A stretch of DNA of 61,101 nt from Octopus bimaculoides (GCF_001194135.2 NC_068985.1:105951234-106012334), one strand, 5' to 3'; shown: positions 20,954 to 35,490, counted from the stretch's first letter. Translations and numbers: made by a program. The notes: generated by a model from the sequence alone, not told the origin.

Positions 20954-21637
20954 GTAAATCAATTCATTTTATCAGATCCTTTTTCAATTTACGAATTTTC
21001 ACAGCAATTTTTGGCTCTAATGTATTCATAAATCCAATGTTTTCTCAAGTCAGCTGCCAGTTGGACTGATCGCCTTCACTATAATTAATATATAAAATGT
21101 AACGTAATTCACTTGTGCCACCTCGAAAGTCTGTTATCTTTCCTTTCGCCTGGTTTTACAGAGATTTCTAGATCTCTTAAGATTGTCAGATCATAAATAT
21201 AACTTCACAAGTATTGTTTTGAAAATATAACTTCTCAAGTGTTGTTTAACAAAAAATATAACTTCACAACACACACACACACACCTGTTTAATTTTTGCT
21301 CTTTTCCTCCGGTTGCGTCAACAGTAATTACTGGCAACAATTATATACTGATTTTGTTTTTGTTTTTTTAACAGTTGAGAAACAAGGCCATGTACGTCAA
21401 GTGGAGAAGCTGTTCGAGGAGGCCTCGGAATTGGTAAGTAGTTTTTAATTAACCAATTAGTTATACCATACATTAAGATTTAATTATAAATCGCTACAAA
21501 GAGTGCATCTGTATATTGCCAAAATACTTTATATATATATATATATTTATGTATATATATTATACTCATATTCTGTAAATGAAATTTCTATTGGTAGAAC
21601 ACCTGACAATCTTTTGACAGTTACACGCCTTCTTTCG

Positions 21638-21669
<32 letters not shown>

Positions 21670-22042
21670 NNNNNNNNNNNNNNNNNNNNNNNNNNNNNNN
21701 NNNNNNNNNNNNNNNNNNNNNNNNNNNNNNNNNNNNNNNNNNNNNNNNNNNNNNNNNNNNNNNNNNNNNNNNNNNNNNNNNNNNNNNNNNNNNNNNNNNN
21801 NNNNNNNNNNNNNNNNNNNNNNNNNNNNNNNNNNNNNNNNNNNNNNNNNNNNNNNNNNNNNNNNNNNNNNNNNNNNNNNNNNNNNNNNNNNNNNNNNNNN
21901 NNNNNNNNNNNNNNNNNNNNNNNNNNNNNNNNNNNNNNNNNNNNNNNNNNNNNNNNNNNNNNNNNNNNNNNNNNNNNNNNNNNNNNNNNNNNNNNNNNNN
22001 NNNNNNNNNNNNNNNNNNNNNNNNNNNNNNNNNNNNNNNNNN

Positions 22043-22081
<39 letters not shown>

Positions 22082-25000
22082 GTGTGTGTTTTGTTTATTT
22101 TTATGTTACAAAAACACAATGATTAGAATCTGATAAGTATTTGTCATTCTTCACGTAAACATCATTATCATTCCGAACCAGAGTTTCGTTCATTTAGTCA
22201 GCTGTATACATCCGGTATTTATTCTATGACAAATTTACATTCGTTCGAATCTGATGCTTCGTTTCGTTGCCCCTTCAAGTTAATGTTTTATTAGTTTTGG
22301 GAATTTCCTTGCAGCCGAAATATAAATTCGATGTTTTCCGATATCGCATGACACAAAGATAATGTGCCTGTTTGGTTATTAATGCATTTCAACAACCACC
22401 ATCACGTTATTTTGTCACTACTGTTTGTGTAGGAATTTTCTGGGGAGCTACAAGAATATTGTGGAGTTAAAGCAGAAAAGCCAATTGGGTAAGGGTATTG
22501 GCCCACTAACTTCTAGGTGGTGAGGTCGAATCAATTGCAAGAGTTTTATCGTGCACTTGCGCTGAAGGCTTCAGTCCATGTACTGTTTTGAAATAGATCC
22601 TCTGGGATCAGTGGCGGCTCATAGATAAAATTAGGGGTGGGAGCTGCTTCAGAAAATGTTTAGCCGTTGTTTTAATATCATGTAAAAGGAAACAAACATA
22701 TAAAAAGAAAATTTATACATGAACTTGATCAGTTCGAGTTTTAGCCACTGCCTGGTAGTGTGCTTAATTTGTTCACTGAACACTGCCGCGAATTCCCCCT
22801 TGTTTTCAGAAATCTCCCCTTAATCACAAAATAAGGGGAGGAAATCTGCCCAATTTTTCAAATCCTGGAGCAACACTGTAGCTGGAAGCAGGATAATAAT
22901 CTAATTCTACACTTTATTACATTCAAGAATATAAACACGTTTTGAAGCACAGCACATGCGGTGTCAAAATGAAACACTACCTTTCACCAGCACACCAGGT
23001 GTGAACGACAGTGCTCTCTCTCTGTCTCTCACTCTCCCTAGCATGAAGCTTCCTATCTCGGACATGTGAACATGTGCACAACAGCCAAACACCACATCAC
23101 TGGAACTGAAGCGCACAGTTCTATACAAAGATTTTTGCGTTTTTTACATAAACTAGGGGATGGCTATTGACATTAAGCTTAAGGATTATATAACGTACTA
23201 GTACAAAGAAAGAATTAAAGAAAAATAGGATTCATTGTATTGAATATTATCGATAGAGTGGAAATAGGGTGTGCTGCAGTTCTGCAGTGCCTATGCATGA
23301 GCCGCCACTGTCTGGAATGTTAACTATGATTGACAGTCCTCTTCTCCAGCGGAAGAACCATCAGTTTTTCACAGTTCCTGGACGCCTGTGTATGAAAACA
23401 CTATGGAGGTTTACATAAAAATTAATATTTCACATACTGATGTATAATTTTATCAATACAACCTAGGTTCAGCAACTATACTATTACAGCCACTTTCTTG
23501 TACACTTGAGTAATGCATATAACTCTGGTTGTTGAAGAGTTGAGTGCATTGTTTAACTCCCACTTCATGATTGATAAATTGTAGGAAAGGCATCCAGTTA
23601 CAAAAGTAGCTGCACTTGGAAAGACCATCTTACCCTTGGAACAAATGAATATAGAACAGTAAAAAAAAAAAAAAAAGATAGCAATAAAAAACTCTACTGC
23701 ATCCTGTATATAACTTCAGTTTCTGAGATGTATTTACTTGAAAGAGAGAGAGCGAGAGCCCTTCAGTTGTCTTTGCTGGACGTGTGGATAATCTGAAATT
23801 GCCCAATAGGTGCTGATCCTGTACTCTCTTAAATTGTGTTTTGTTATCTCAAAATTAATCACTGTAAGACATAGGACCCTTTTGTATGGTCTGTGTTATA
23901 CACTTCAGCAAATATTGTATTTAGATGTGTTACCTTGGTTGGGATATAAATAATTTAAAAGTGTCCACTGGACTGATAACTAATACAATTTGGACTGCTG
24001 ATTTGGTATATGAAATTGGTTGTGTCAGCTGGACTGTCAAATAGCATGTTTGAATATGACAGATAGCAAGTCTTGATTGATAAATAACGTGTATTTGGAA
24101 GTGTTTACTGGATTGGCAAACAGCAAGTTTGGATATGTCCTCAAGACCAATTGATAGCATATTTGAATATCTCCATGAAAAAATGCAATATTTGAAGGTA
24201 TCTGTTAGCAATTGCTGCATTTGAGAAAATGTGCTGACAAATATTTAATGTTGTATTTGAATATCATCTCTGTCCAAATACAATAGTTGACAGTCTCCAT
24301 TGACAAACATGATAGGTGAAACTCTGCTTTTCTCTGTTTCTCTCTCTCTTGTTCACAACCCTCTTTCACTCACCCCCATACAATGCAACATCTGGTGTAT
24401 ATTTGTGTGTGTATATATATATATGTGTGTGTGTGTGTGAAACAGTCATTAATTCTTTTTATATGCCCTAGATTTAAGAACAGACTCATTGTATATGTTG
24501 CTTTTCACTGAACAAAATCTTTTATTATAGAATGAATAAAATTTATTTGATTCAAAATTGGGTACATCCTCCGATTAAAGTGTAAAAGCTATATTAGGTT
24601 ATCCATAAATAGGTTACTTGTAGAAGGATGTGTACCCCTGTCACATTTTAATTAATTGTCTGTACAAGTGCGATTAAAAAATTTTTTTTTTTCATCTAAA
24701 CTTGGACACTTATATATGCTCTTCCTACCTGTAACCAAACTGGTTCCTGTTTGACAGATGTACAGACAAGAATAACCAGCATAATGGTTGTAGCAGGGAT
24801 TGAACTCATGACCATATGGTCAGCTAGTTACTAGTTAACTCCTTGACTTTAGGCTACACTATATGTTACTATTGAAAATATATAAAATATCTATTCAGAA
24901 TATTTCTGTTGCTCATATGTGAAATTTTGTTGCCTGATTGTAATATTCAAGGGCTGATGTGCTTCTGTTTTATGTTCTGGGTGGAGGTGAAGGGGACAGT

Positions 25001-28000
25001 GGTGGAAATTGTACATAATGTTAGTTTGTAGTTTCTTGTTCCGAGAATCATTATTTGTGAGAGAAAATCTCAGTTACATACAATAATTTTAATATTTAAT
25101 GAGGTAACTCCAAAACAGCGGTAGTAAACTGTGCTTTTTTAAATATAAATTAACCAAAGGTAAAATCTAGAAGCACAGACACTCGTAAGCTAGTAAAGAA
25201 ATCATTATATCATTCTGTTGACCTGTTAAAAATAGCAACCAAATCTTCCTCAAATCACATTCTATTTATCTCTTAAAAAATGGGATACATTGACACAATA
25301 GGCGCAGCCGTGGCTGTGTGGTTAAGCACTTCATTTCCCAACTACATGGTTCCATGTTCAGTTCTATTGCATGACCCTTTTGGCAAGTGTCTTTTGCTAT
25401 AGCCCTAGGCCAACCTGAACTTCAAAATTAAAAGCTAATCATTGGTAACAAAGATGATTTTTATGTTGTTTTTTTTGTTTTCATAGCTGGAACAGATGGA
25501 CCTGGAGGTGAAGGAACAACCAGGCAAGGACAGGCAAAAGTATCAAACGCGAGTACGAAGCTACAAAACAGAACTTTCAAAACTTCAAACAGATGTGGTG
25601 AGTTGCAATATTTTTTTCTAATTCTTTTATTCTTTTACTTGTTTCAGTCATTTGACTGCAGCCATGCTGGAGCACCGCCTTTGTTCGAACAAATTGATCC
25701 CAAGGACTTATTCTTTGTAAGCTTAGTACTTATTCTATTGAGTTCTTTTGCTGAAACACTAAGTTACGAGTACATAAACACATTAGCATCAGTTGTCAAG
25801 TGATGGTGAGGGACACACACACAATATATATATATATATATATATATACAACGGGCTTCTTTCAGTTTCCATCTACCAAATCCACTGACAAGGCTTTAGT
25901 CAACCCAAGGCTATAGTAGAAGACACTTCCCCTAGGTGCCATGCATTGGGACTGAACCCGGAACCATGTGGTTGGTAAGCAAGCTACTTATCACACAGCC
26001 ACTCCTGCATGTCAAAGTATGATGGTTGATGCAAAATAGCTGAGAGGATGGAAAAGTGGATATTAAAATTATGTACTGCATTGTAATGTTTTGTCCTACC
26101 CATATATGCATGGAAGATGGACATTAAATGATGATGATGATACTCTCGACTCACTCATACACCAGGAATTCTAGATTGGTCTAGATTTATATTCAGATAA
26201 AATTGAGCACTAGTTTTTTTGTTGCAGGGCACTGTTCCTGTTCAGTGTTGTATGATACACTTCAGAACAATCCAATAACATGTTTAAAAGTGCAACAATG
26301 TAATAATCTATTTCAAAGAGATCCTGATAATTGTTCTTTTGCAGTGTTCTACCAGCACTATTTCAAAGTGACAAGCTGTGATAGTAATTGAGGTCTCCAT
26401 GTCAAATAATTGACCGTATTTAATCTATATTTGTCCAACATCATCAACATAATCCATGCGCTTTCTTTCACTTGTATTCAACTGAAAACGCTTGCCAGTA
26501 TCTGAACCTTCTTACCACTGAGATACATTAATATAAGACTATACAGGGTGTTCATAAATTACCTTTACAATTTGAAAAATTCAGAAAAAAAGAAATGAAA
26601 AACAAAGATGACTCAGCAGAGTTTATTGGAAAACGTAGGCAAACAAATCAAGTTTTATTAGAAACATCAAAACACTTCCACATGGGCTCCATTGGTTGCA
26701 AAGAAGTTGATTGATGGACCTTGACTTTCCAGAAGACTTCAGTAAAATTGTGCTATCAAAAGTGATTTATTGTTGGTTTGTGTTATCGTCTGTTGCATCT
26801 TTTGACATCTGTCATTATTTTTTGTATCTGAACCTATCATTGTTGAATTTGTTGCAGAGACGTGCTAAACTGGGACTTGACAGTAAAGATGACTGCATGC
26901 TTGATGATCATCATGATGCTGAGGATCAGGTAAAGTAAACAATTTAGTTTCAAAATAGCCATATTGCCTCAAGTATTGCAGTTTATATATGACTTACATT
27001 GCATCAAATATTTTATTTTCCAGCATACAAGTTGGCATAATATATAGTGTAAACCTTCAACCATTGGCACTATCTTTCCACTTTCTGCTGCATTCCGCAT
27101 GGAATTTTTTGTCCTCCTAAGTTGTATTTGGTGTATAAGCAAATCTACTTTTTTATTTATTTGTTTTTTGTTTTTTTTTTGGCTGTAAACAATTCTGCAA
27201 ACAATTCTGCCAACTCAGTGCCTTGTTTAAGTCAGAATATTATAATAGAAGTTTACTTCATGGATGTTTTGTAGCGTACTCGGTTGCTGGAGAATACAGA
27301 ACGGTTGGAAAGATCTGGACGGAAACTGGATCATGGATATCACACTGCTGTGGAAACAGGTAATTGTATTTATCCTTTTATTGCCCATCTTTTTTGCATT
27401 TAATAAGAAGTTACTGCTCTTAGCTTTTAATGACTCATTGTGTCCTCTGTGTTGTGTAATGCAGCCAAACTACTGGTTAATGTCCACTGTCACTGTAGAA
27501 CCACTTGGAGGCTCAGGGATATATTTATTGCACAATGGCCAAACAAGAGTCTCTATTTGGTTAGAAATAACAACCAAATCTCTCTCAAATCATAGTCTGC
27601 TACCATTTAAAAAGTGGAGACTTTGGATAATACAGCATGGCCATGTGGTCAAGAAGCTTGTTTTGCAACCACATGGTTTCAAGTTAAATTTCTTTGCATG
27701 GTACCTTGGGCATGTGATTTTACTATAGCCCTAAGCCAACCATGCCTTGTAAAAGAATTTGGTAGATAGAAACTGTGTGGAAACCTGTCATGTCATCATC
27801 ATCACCATTTAATGTCTGTTTAAATCAGAGGTTCTCAACCATTTTTTGCCGATGGACCCCTTAGATTCCTATTTTACTCTACTGGACTCCCATGTTTAAA
27901 AAAATTCAATTGTATTTTTATGATTAAATATTAATAGGAATTGTATTTAAAATTTTTTTTTAATATTTTGTGTATTGCAAAAGTATAAGAAATTTATTGC

Positions 28001-29313
28001 ACATAAATTTCAATAACAAAATCTCATATGAACCCCAGTTGAGAACCACTGGTTCATGTCGTGATGATTATGCATAATGGGCTTCCACACAGTTTCCATC
28101 TACCAAATTCACTATATATGTATGATATGTGTGTTTGTGCTTGTCCCCAATCCACTACTTGATAACTGGTGTTGCTTTGTTTACATCCTGGTAACCTTGA
28201 TAGAATAACTACCAGACTTAAAAAGAACTTGATAGAATAACTACCAGACTTTTTTTTAAAATGTATTGGGGTTAGTTTGTTTCATTAAATCCTTCATAAC
28301 AGTGCCCCAGCATGGCCACAGTCCAGTAACTGACACAAGTAAAAGAATAGGAAAAAGTACATTTAGGACAGTGATTTCCCAGTTTTTTTTTTTGTTTTTT
28401 TTTAGTTTTATTCCTTTTTAAAGTTTAATAGGTTCAAATTACTCCAGTATCAAAATGTGTAACTTATAAAGAACAAATGCACAATTCTGGTACAATTCAG
28501 TACTTATTACATAGTGTTACTGTAAAATCAATCTTGGTGAAATGGACAAAGTGTTTTGTCAATGCCAAATTTTAGATGCATGATTTAGACTTTGCATTGT
28601 TGTTTGTCAGTGTTTAACTTCCAAAACATTTCTTTGTTATAGATGAATTCCAGCCATATTCTTCCAAACTACATTGTTACCCAACAATGTAGCCCTCCCG
28701 TTCCCACTTCATGTTGACTAACCGAGCTCATAGCTACATTTTGAAAACATAAAAAAAATTTTTAATCATTTTATTTAACGAAGACATTTTTTTTTTATAA
28801 GTTTGCAGAAATATGAATGTTTTATATATATATATATATATCTTTATTTTTTAGAACAAATTGGATCTGCCATTCTAGAAAATCTTCATTCACAGCGCCA
28901 GACTATAAACAGATCAAGAGCTAGGGTATGTTACAACATTAACAGCTAACCATTGTCAAATAACTTTTTACTGGTTTCTTCACTTCCTACTTAATTATAT
29001 TGTCAGTTGTTGGAAAGAACTCCATCTTTAAATAAATTTGTTCCAACAATGACCATTCCAAATACACATACATATATGGAACAGACATATATATATATAT
29101 ATATGAGAAAGAGAGAGAGCAGATTGATGTAAATCTGAAAATTGTTTCTTCTACTATAAAATTCTTGAGGTTCAAAGCACAGGATTACTTGAGATTTCTA
29201 CTGCTTTGTTAATTTCAGGTTGATGAGATGAACACAGCTCTTGGGAAGAGTTCACGTTTGTTGACTGGTATGATGAAGAGGTAAGGTATTTCTATCAGCA
29301 AACACTTATTTTC

Positions 29314-29347
<34 letters not shown>

Positions 29348-30840
29348 GGTGATGATGTGTGTGTAATCATTTTCATAATTGTCATTTTAATGTTTACTTT
29401 TCCATTCTTGTGGGTCAGATAAAATTCTTTGGAGTAAATTTTCTTTGGCTGGATACCCTTCCTCTCACCAACCCTCATCTATTTTTTAGAAAGATATTTC
29501 TCTTTGTCCTTCAGACATGAACAGCAAAATGGCCAAAGTTGCAAACAAATTGCACTATTTGTATGACAGTGACTTACCTTTACAATGAGCATGTAATAAC
29601 AGGACATGTGCATGCACCTATATGTACATACACACACAGCACAGACATACATGCTGTGACATATTCACAGGTTCTGCTAGTTATTATTATTATTATCATT
29701 TTAAAAGCCACATGTCTTGTGAAATGCAACTTCCAAGGGTTTCTTTGTTGAAATTTTTTTGCCATTAATCAAGCTGTTAAAATAACGAAATGGTTAGTTA
29801 ACTGCATTCAAAGTAGTTAATGTTTGAATGAGCACGTGCATATAGAAATAGAAAAAGATAGTGAAAAACACAGGGGAGGTAATCAAATCCTCAGCAACCA
29901 TCACCAGTGTTTTACACGTATCAAAATTATGCAAATCAGACCAGAATGGTTTATGATGTATCTGGTGGTCCATCTTTAATTTCCATTAAAAGGAATTTTT
30001 TTAAATGCAGACATAAAGGAAAACTCTCTTTCCTGCCATTTACACAGTCATTAGAGGTTCTTAAGTTTTAAGAAACACAAGAACCTCTTGTGACTGAGAT
30101 GTAATTGACTATCCTCCTCCCTCAAAACTTTGTGAAAATTAGAAAGGATTATTATTATCATTATTATTATTCCTCCAAGGTCCTTTCAGGGTCAATAAAT
30201 TAAGTACCAGTTACGTCCTGGGGTTGGTCCAATTGACTGGTCCCTCCCCAAAAATTTTGGCAAGCTGTCAGAAACGTTAGCACGCCGGGTGAAATGCTTA
30301 GTGGTATTTCATCTGTCTTTACATTCTGAGTTCAAATTCCACCAAGGTTGACTTTGCCTTTCATCCTTTTGGGGTCAATAAATTAAGTACCAGTTGTGTT
30401 CTGGGGTTGATCAAATCGACTGCCCCCCCCCCTCCCCAAAAATTTCAGGCTTTATATCTAGAGTAGAAAAGGAATAAATTAAGTACTAATGAAACATTGA
30501 AGTCAATGTAATCAGTTAGTCCCCTCCCCCAAAATTTCAGGCTTTGTGCTTTTTGTAAAAGGATTATTATTATTATTATCATCATCATCATCATCGTCAT
30601 CATCATCATTATTTTAAGGCAGTGAGCTGACAGAGTCATTAGCATGATGGGCAAAATGCTTTGTGGCATTTCATCTGTCTTTACATTCTGATTTCAAATT
30701 CCGCCAAGGTTGACTTTGCCTTTCATCCTTTCAGGGTCAATAAAATAAGTACCAGTTGAACACTGAAGGTCGATATAATCGACTCATCCCTTCCCACAAA
30801 ATTGCTGCCCTCGTGGCAACATTTGAAACCATTATTATTA

Positions 30841-30875
<35 letters not shown>

Positions 30876-31363
30876 GATGAGCTGACCAAATCGTTAGATC
30901 GTCAGACAAAAATGCTAAGCAGCATTTCTTCTGGCTTTACATTCTGAGTTCAAATTCCATTAGAGTAGATTTTGTTTTTCATCATTCTAGGCTCAGTAAA
31001 ATATGTGGCCTGTACCAATATTAGCAATAATTATTTTTAGACAAGTGCCTGGGAGAATTGGTGCTTAAATCCTGTTTAGATCAACTTTGCCATTCATCCC
31101 TTTCTGGGGTTTGATAAAATATACACTAGGCAAGTTCTGGGGTTTCTATAAGTAAACTATCTCCATAAACAAAGCTTATAACCTCATCACAAGGAAAGAA
31201 ATAATTATTATAATTGTTGTTGTTTGTTTGTCAGTAAATTAACTGTCATTTCCTTTCTACCTTCAGGATCATCCACAACCGTATTATGCTTGTTGTTATT
31301 GGACTAATTATGGTAATCAGCATCTGTGTAGCACTATACCTAATTGTGCGACGGTCTTCTTGA
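20860..31363 (+). CDS. VTI1A: Vesicle transport through interaction with t-SNAREs 1A (Qb-SNARE), 216 aa, 8 exons
   Basis: Exons 20860-20953, 21375-21433, 25487-25597, 26858-26929, 27275-27359, 28855-28925, 29219-29280, 31267-31363 (94,59,111,72,85,71,62,97 nt = 651), all GT-AG and in frame. Habc N-terminus (MTSLLESYQQQYSTLTADI...LEQMDLEV), SNARE motif (RTRLLENTERLERSGRKLDHGY...ETEQIGSAILENLHSQRQTI...LGKSSRLLTGMMKR), C-terminal TM helix. Exon sizes resemble vertebrate VTI1A as recalled. Confidence 0.95.
21375..21433 (+). CDS. VTI1A: VTI1A exon 2
   Basis: VEKQGHVRQVEKLFEEASEL; AG/GTAAGT. Confidence 0.93.
21670..22042. other. Assembly gap (N run) flanked by (TA)n
   Basis: N characters. Confidence 1.
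22609..23310. mobile_element. Non-autonomous hAT-type DNA transposon in VTI1A intron 2
   Basis: 14-bp perfect TIR CAGTGGCGGCTCAT/ATGAGCCGCCACTG; 8-bp TSD TCTGGGAT/TCTGGAAT. Confidence 0.85.
25487..25597 (+). CDS. VTI1A: VTI1A exon 3
   Basis: LEQMDLEVKEQPGKDRQKYQTRVRSYKTELSKLQTDV; AG/GTGAGT. Confidence 0.95.
25622..26010 (-). mobile_element. tRNA-derived SINE (family 1)
   Basis: Reverse-complement match to 42908-43337. Confidence 0.85.
26858..26929 (+). CDS. VTI1A: VTI1A exon 4
   Basis: RRAKLGLDSKDDCMLDDHHDAEDQ; CAG/GTAAAG. Confidence 0.88.
27275..27359 (+). CDS. VTI1A: VTI1A exon 5
   Basis: RTRLLENTERLERSGRKLDHGYHTAVET; TAG/GTAATT. Confidence 0.95.
27826..28051. mobile_element. hAT-type MITE
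   Basis: TIRs CAGAGGTTCTCAAC / GTTGAGAACCACTG. Confidence 0.7.
28855..28925 (+). CDS. VTI1A: VTI1A exon 6
   Basis: EQIGSAILENLHSQRQTINRSRAR; TAG/GTATGT. Confidence 0.95.
29219..29280 (+). CDS. VTI1A: VTI1A exon 7
   Basis: VDEMNTALGKSSRLLTGMMKR; CAG/GTAAGG. Confidence 0.95.
30150..30960 (+). mobile_element. Cluster of nested or truncated family 3 SINE copies with (ATT)n/(ATC)n tails
   Basis: Repeated GGTCAATAAATTAAGTACCAGTT and ACATTCTGAGTTCAAATTCC blocks. Confidence 0.75.
31267..31363 (+). CDS. VTI1A: VTI1A exon 8 (transmembrane anchor, stop)
   Basis: IIHNRIMLVVIGLIMVISICVALYLIVRRSS*. Confidence 0.94.
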
Positions 31364-32978
31364 GAAACCTCTTGACATACCATTCTCTACAACAACCGCT
31401 CTTTCTTCATCAATATTCTATGAGAATCTGCCTGCATTATATATTTATATACACACATTCTCCAAAATATATATATATATATATATATACATGTATATAT
31501 ATAGTTTGTGTATGTGATCTACATGCTGTTACAGCATCGTCTCGAATTCCTCATCTGCTGAACCTCTGACATCTGACCTTTCCTTAGAGCCCCTCACCTC
31601 TTATATCTTTTTATTCTCTTTATATGAAGCTGGGAAAATCAAAGGACCATGTACCACCCTTACAAATGAACAGACTTTACTATGATTGTGTACTTCACCT
31701 GTAATCCTCCTTCTATCTCCCCTATCTAATTGAAATACCCTTTATTTAATTATTTATTAATTAGGAATTTGTTTGCTTTTTATTAATAAAACTTAACCCT
31801 GAATTTGTCCTTCCTGTCTGGACCTCACTGACAGCAAGATCAGAAGTCCAAAAGCAAGCAGGACATTTCAAACCATCTGATATTGCTATTTGATTGTGTG
31901 CCCTAATCCCTGTTGCTGAGGAAAACAAGGTGACGTTAATCCCTCTCTACTCCCAACATGACTGAATGGATGTTTTCATTGTTCTAAAAGCTGAGAGTTC
32001 AAACCACTACAATGGTTTCAATATATTTCTAAGTATGACACTTTATTTTATGTTGTCTTAGTTTGCCATAACCCCTGAATGGATATATTCTAGATTATCT
32101 GGGGAACATCAGCTGTGATAGGCTGGTATTTTTCCAGCTCAAAGATTTATCCTACATCTACTGAACTTCATGAAATTAGAGCCAGGTACTGGTCCTTAAA
32201 TATTTCTCTTTCCCCAGATTTTAAGGATTATTTACTTAACATATTACTATTCTCTTCCTTAAAAATGAGATGGCCAAGGGAAGAAGCCATTGGAGTGTGC
32301 TCTTAGGTTACAAGTTGAAATTTGCTAAAGGTGACTTGTGTTTTCTGGTCAGAACACTTTAGTTTACATTACCAGAGTTCACCTGGCTGTCAGGAATATG
32401 TACCAAGATAGATTGGTGATACTTATTTGACTCTAATCCACTAACACAGAAACTGGAAGTATCAATCCAGTAGCAATAGATTTCTGGGGTTTGTTTTTTT
32501 TTCAAACTATTTAGTGTTATCCCTGAGTGTGAACAACTCCCTTTGTTAAAAGGTTTATATTAGGAAACATTCGCACAATTTAGCTAATGACTCTTATTCG
32601 ATATTTTCAGTGGTAGAGGGGATGTGTTCAAATCAAGTTACATCAACTGTATCATTTGGGCCATGATAAAAATCAACAGTGAAACAACTGTTAAAAAGTT
32701 GAGGATACAGTCCTACAACAGAAGTGTTGTTGGCAGTTTATGACAGAAAGACATTCACTATGGTGCAAATAAATATTTTAAAATCAGTATTAAGCAGTAA
32801 TTCATAAAGATTTCATTAATAAATATTATCAATGTGCTTACATCAACTTATCTGATACCTGAGATACAAGTCCAATAACTGTTCTTCAATTAACGATCAT
32901 ATTTTCTTTTCAAAACATTGAATGTAAAACTAAAGAAGTTAACTCCATATTTCATGACAATGAGTAATGTTGATTTAA

Positions 32979-33196
32979 CCCTTTTGATACAAACCTGTTT
33001 GGACCATCCTGGTTCTATGATAAAAAAAAACTTCATGTTTTAAAGTGATCTAAATTAAAATTCTCCATCAAAATTTTGTAAATTCAAGTTCCAAACATCA
33101 GCTTAATAATGACAAAATTATTTTACTAAATTCTTCATTATTTTCAAAATTAATTGAAACAAAAGCAGTGCATTTCAACAGATGGTAACAAAAGGG
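32979..33196. mobile_element. piggyBac-type MITE
   Basis: TTAA-CCCTTTTG ... CAAAAGGG-TTAA; related decayed copies near 3870-4160 and 8530-8670. Confidence 0.75.
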
Positions 33197-35291
33197 TTAA
33201 GTACATTGCAGGATTTTAAAATAAAATCTTTTATTAATGTTTAATATGAAAAAAATATATGTTCCTCTGTATTTTTTTACCCAAATGGCACTAGAACTTC
33301 AAGCCATACTCTACTCCCCCAAATCTCATTTACTTCAATAATTGTTATACAAAATTACAGTAGGTAGACAGTTATATTACTGGGTAACTACTAACCACAA
33401 GTTCGTGAGTTCAAACACTGTGGCAGTCATTATTTGCTCCCTGTTTGAATACCATTCATTAACACTGCTTCAAGCTGTTTTCAGTTGAAGTGTAGTTATC
33501 CACTAAGCTGTAAGCAAAAATTTACATCAAATTTGCAAATTTATTGTTGTATAAAATGTTTTAATTTTTAAAAAATAATAAAAAAATAAAAAGAAAAACC
33601 TATCTGACCCATTTTTCAACATAGAAATAGACTGAAAAAAAGAAAAGAAAACAGTAAATAAGAAATAATATCTATTGCCATTTAAACATGGCTATTCCAT
33701 AGGAACCGATATTACTGCTATTTTTAACCCTAGGAAAACACCTCCAGCTGGTTATTCGATGCAATCTGTACTCAATATATATTGCAAGCAGGGAAGTGAA
33801 CCCCCACCATCTTCTCGCCACAAGACCACCAGGCCGTACAGTTTCAACCTCTTTGTGGTCATCTTTGGTGGTGGATACTCATCCACTAGAGATAGCAGTA
33901 GTTTACTCCAGCTCGCAGGATACAGAAATCAAGTGACACACAGTCACTGATTTTACAAGCAAATTAGCTTAATTTAAAAATCTTTATAAAGATATATATC
34001 TGGCACATAATTGAGTTAAGATGCTAAACTAGACTGCTAACAGAAAATTTGTAGTTCTAATTGTGCTTTACTGAGCACTGTGTGAATGACTAACCACTGT
34101 GCTGTGGTCTCAGATAAGATACTGGACTTCTTTTAGTCTATCAAGTTGATACCATAAATTATGTTCCCTACCAAATGACCAAGTCATTTACTCTAAGAAA
34201 AATATCTACTTATAATAAGAATTGCAGCAAATTCACAAAATACTTTATTGCCATACTAGTAACATGGCAGGATGGGATGTAAAATAAAAGAAAGAAAAAA
34301 AATTAGTTCCCGGCTTTCCCAGACTGGTGAGATTGATACAGTTGGTACCAGTATCTATACTTGCATATCAATGTCCTCAAGAAAAATGTGGGTGCAGAGA
34401 AAATCTGCTGTCTAGTTCAAAGTGAAGCACATTAAAAGCAACCAACAACCATTGAAGGCATATTCCTTAAAATATTTATGTAATATTTTTTATTAAACTG
34501 AAGTGAAATAGAATATAAATTCAATTGTTTTTAAAAACTGCTTCCCATTATTTCTTTTTAATGCTAACTTGGATATGATGGATTTTGAAATATTCAATTT
34601 TTTTTTTCTTGTGTAATTTTGTAACTTTATATCATCACAGGTTGACCAGTCACTATTTTTCTCCTGCTGACCCTAACCCAATCCATTATGAAATAAAAGT
34701 AGTGCTGGTAATCAGATAAAAAAAAAGACAGGCAAATATTTTAACATGATGATGATGGTAGTCTCTCAAAGTCTGAGAAAGACAGTTCTGCAATTTCTTG
34801 CTGAACAACCTGCACAAATGATTCATTTATAGTGATCAAGTGTTTGTGCTGTACATTAGCATCACTCCCTCTGCCTGAACAGGTGCATGGTGTACCACAC
34901 GTCAGGTGTTCAAGTGATCACAAAACAAAGTAAAATGAAGTGTTTTGCTCAAGAACACGATGCACCTCTCAGTTCAAGAATTGACACTATGATCTCTAGA
35001 TCACGAGTGTAACACCCCAACCACTATGCTATATGGCCTCTCATTACTTTAACATAATATATTATCGAACTATGTGTCTTTGTGTTCTCCATTATTTGAC
35101 TTCTATTTAAAACTCCTTAAAGTTAATTTTCAATTTTTACTTGTTAATGAGTCATCAAAATTTAAATCCAATTCATGAGGTTGGATTTGCAATCAGAGAA
35201 GTGTTATAGCTGAGACAACACATTCATTATAGGGAAAATAAATATTCTAAAACAAGTATTAAGCATTGTACATGATAAATTTAGTGAGATG

Positions 35292-35490
35292 TACCGTATT
35301 TTCTGGCATACAAGTCAAATTTTTTAGACTAATATTTACAGCTGAAAAAAGGTAGGTTGACTTATACACCAAGATGACTTTGAAGGACCAAAGATTCTTT
35401 GTGAATTGCAGCAGGATTCTGAAAGTTAGTAATGATGTTTAAATGTTTACACTTTATACTACATTGACTTATATGTTGGAAAATACAGTA
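35292..35490. mobile_element. pogo/Tigger-type MITE
   Basis: TACCGTATTTTC ... GAAAATACAGTA termini with TA ends. Confidence 0.65.

Noticed and set aside
21503-22126. Long ORFs crossing N-runs (also at 5105-5527 and 40653-41443)
   Set aside because: Artefacts of assembly gaps and (TA)n microsatellites.
31560-32460. Possible decayed CR1/L2 LINE downstream of VTI1A
   Set aside because: No motif could be read with confidence.
34245-34420. Possible extra minus-strand terminal exon (TAG acceptor, TADFLCTHIF..*, AATAAA) as an alternative NME5 end
   Set aside because: Weak acceptor; similarity to WLADWL is marginal; the canonical NME5 last exon and polyA signal are already found.
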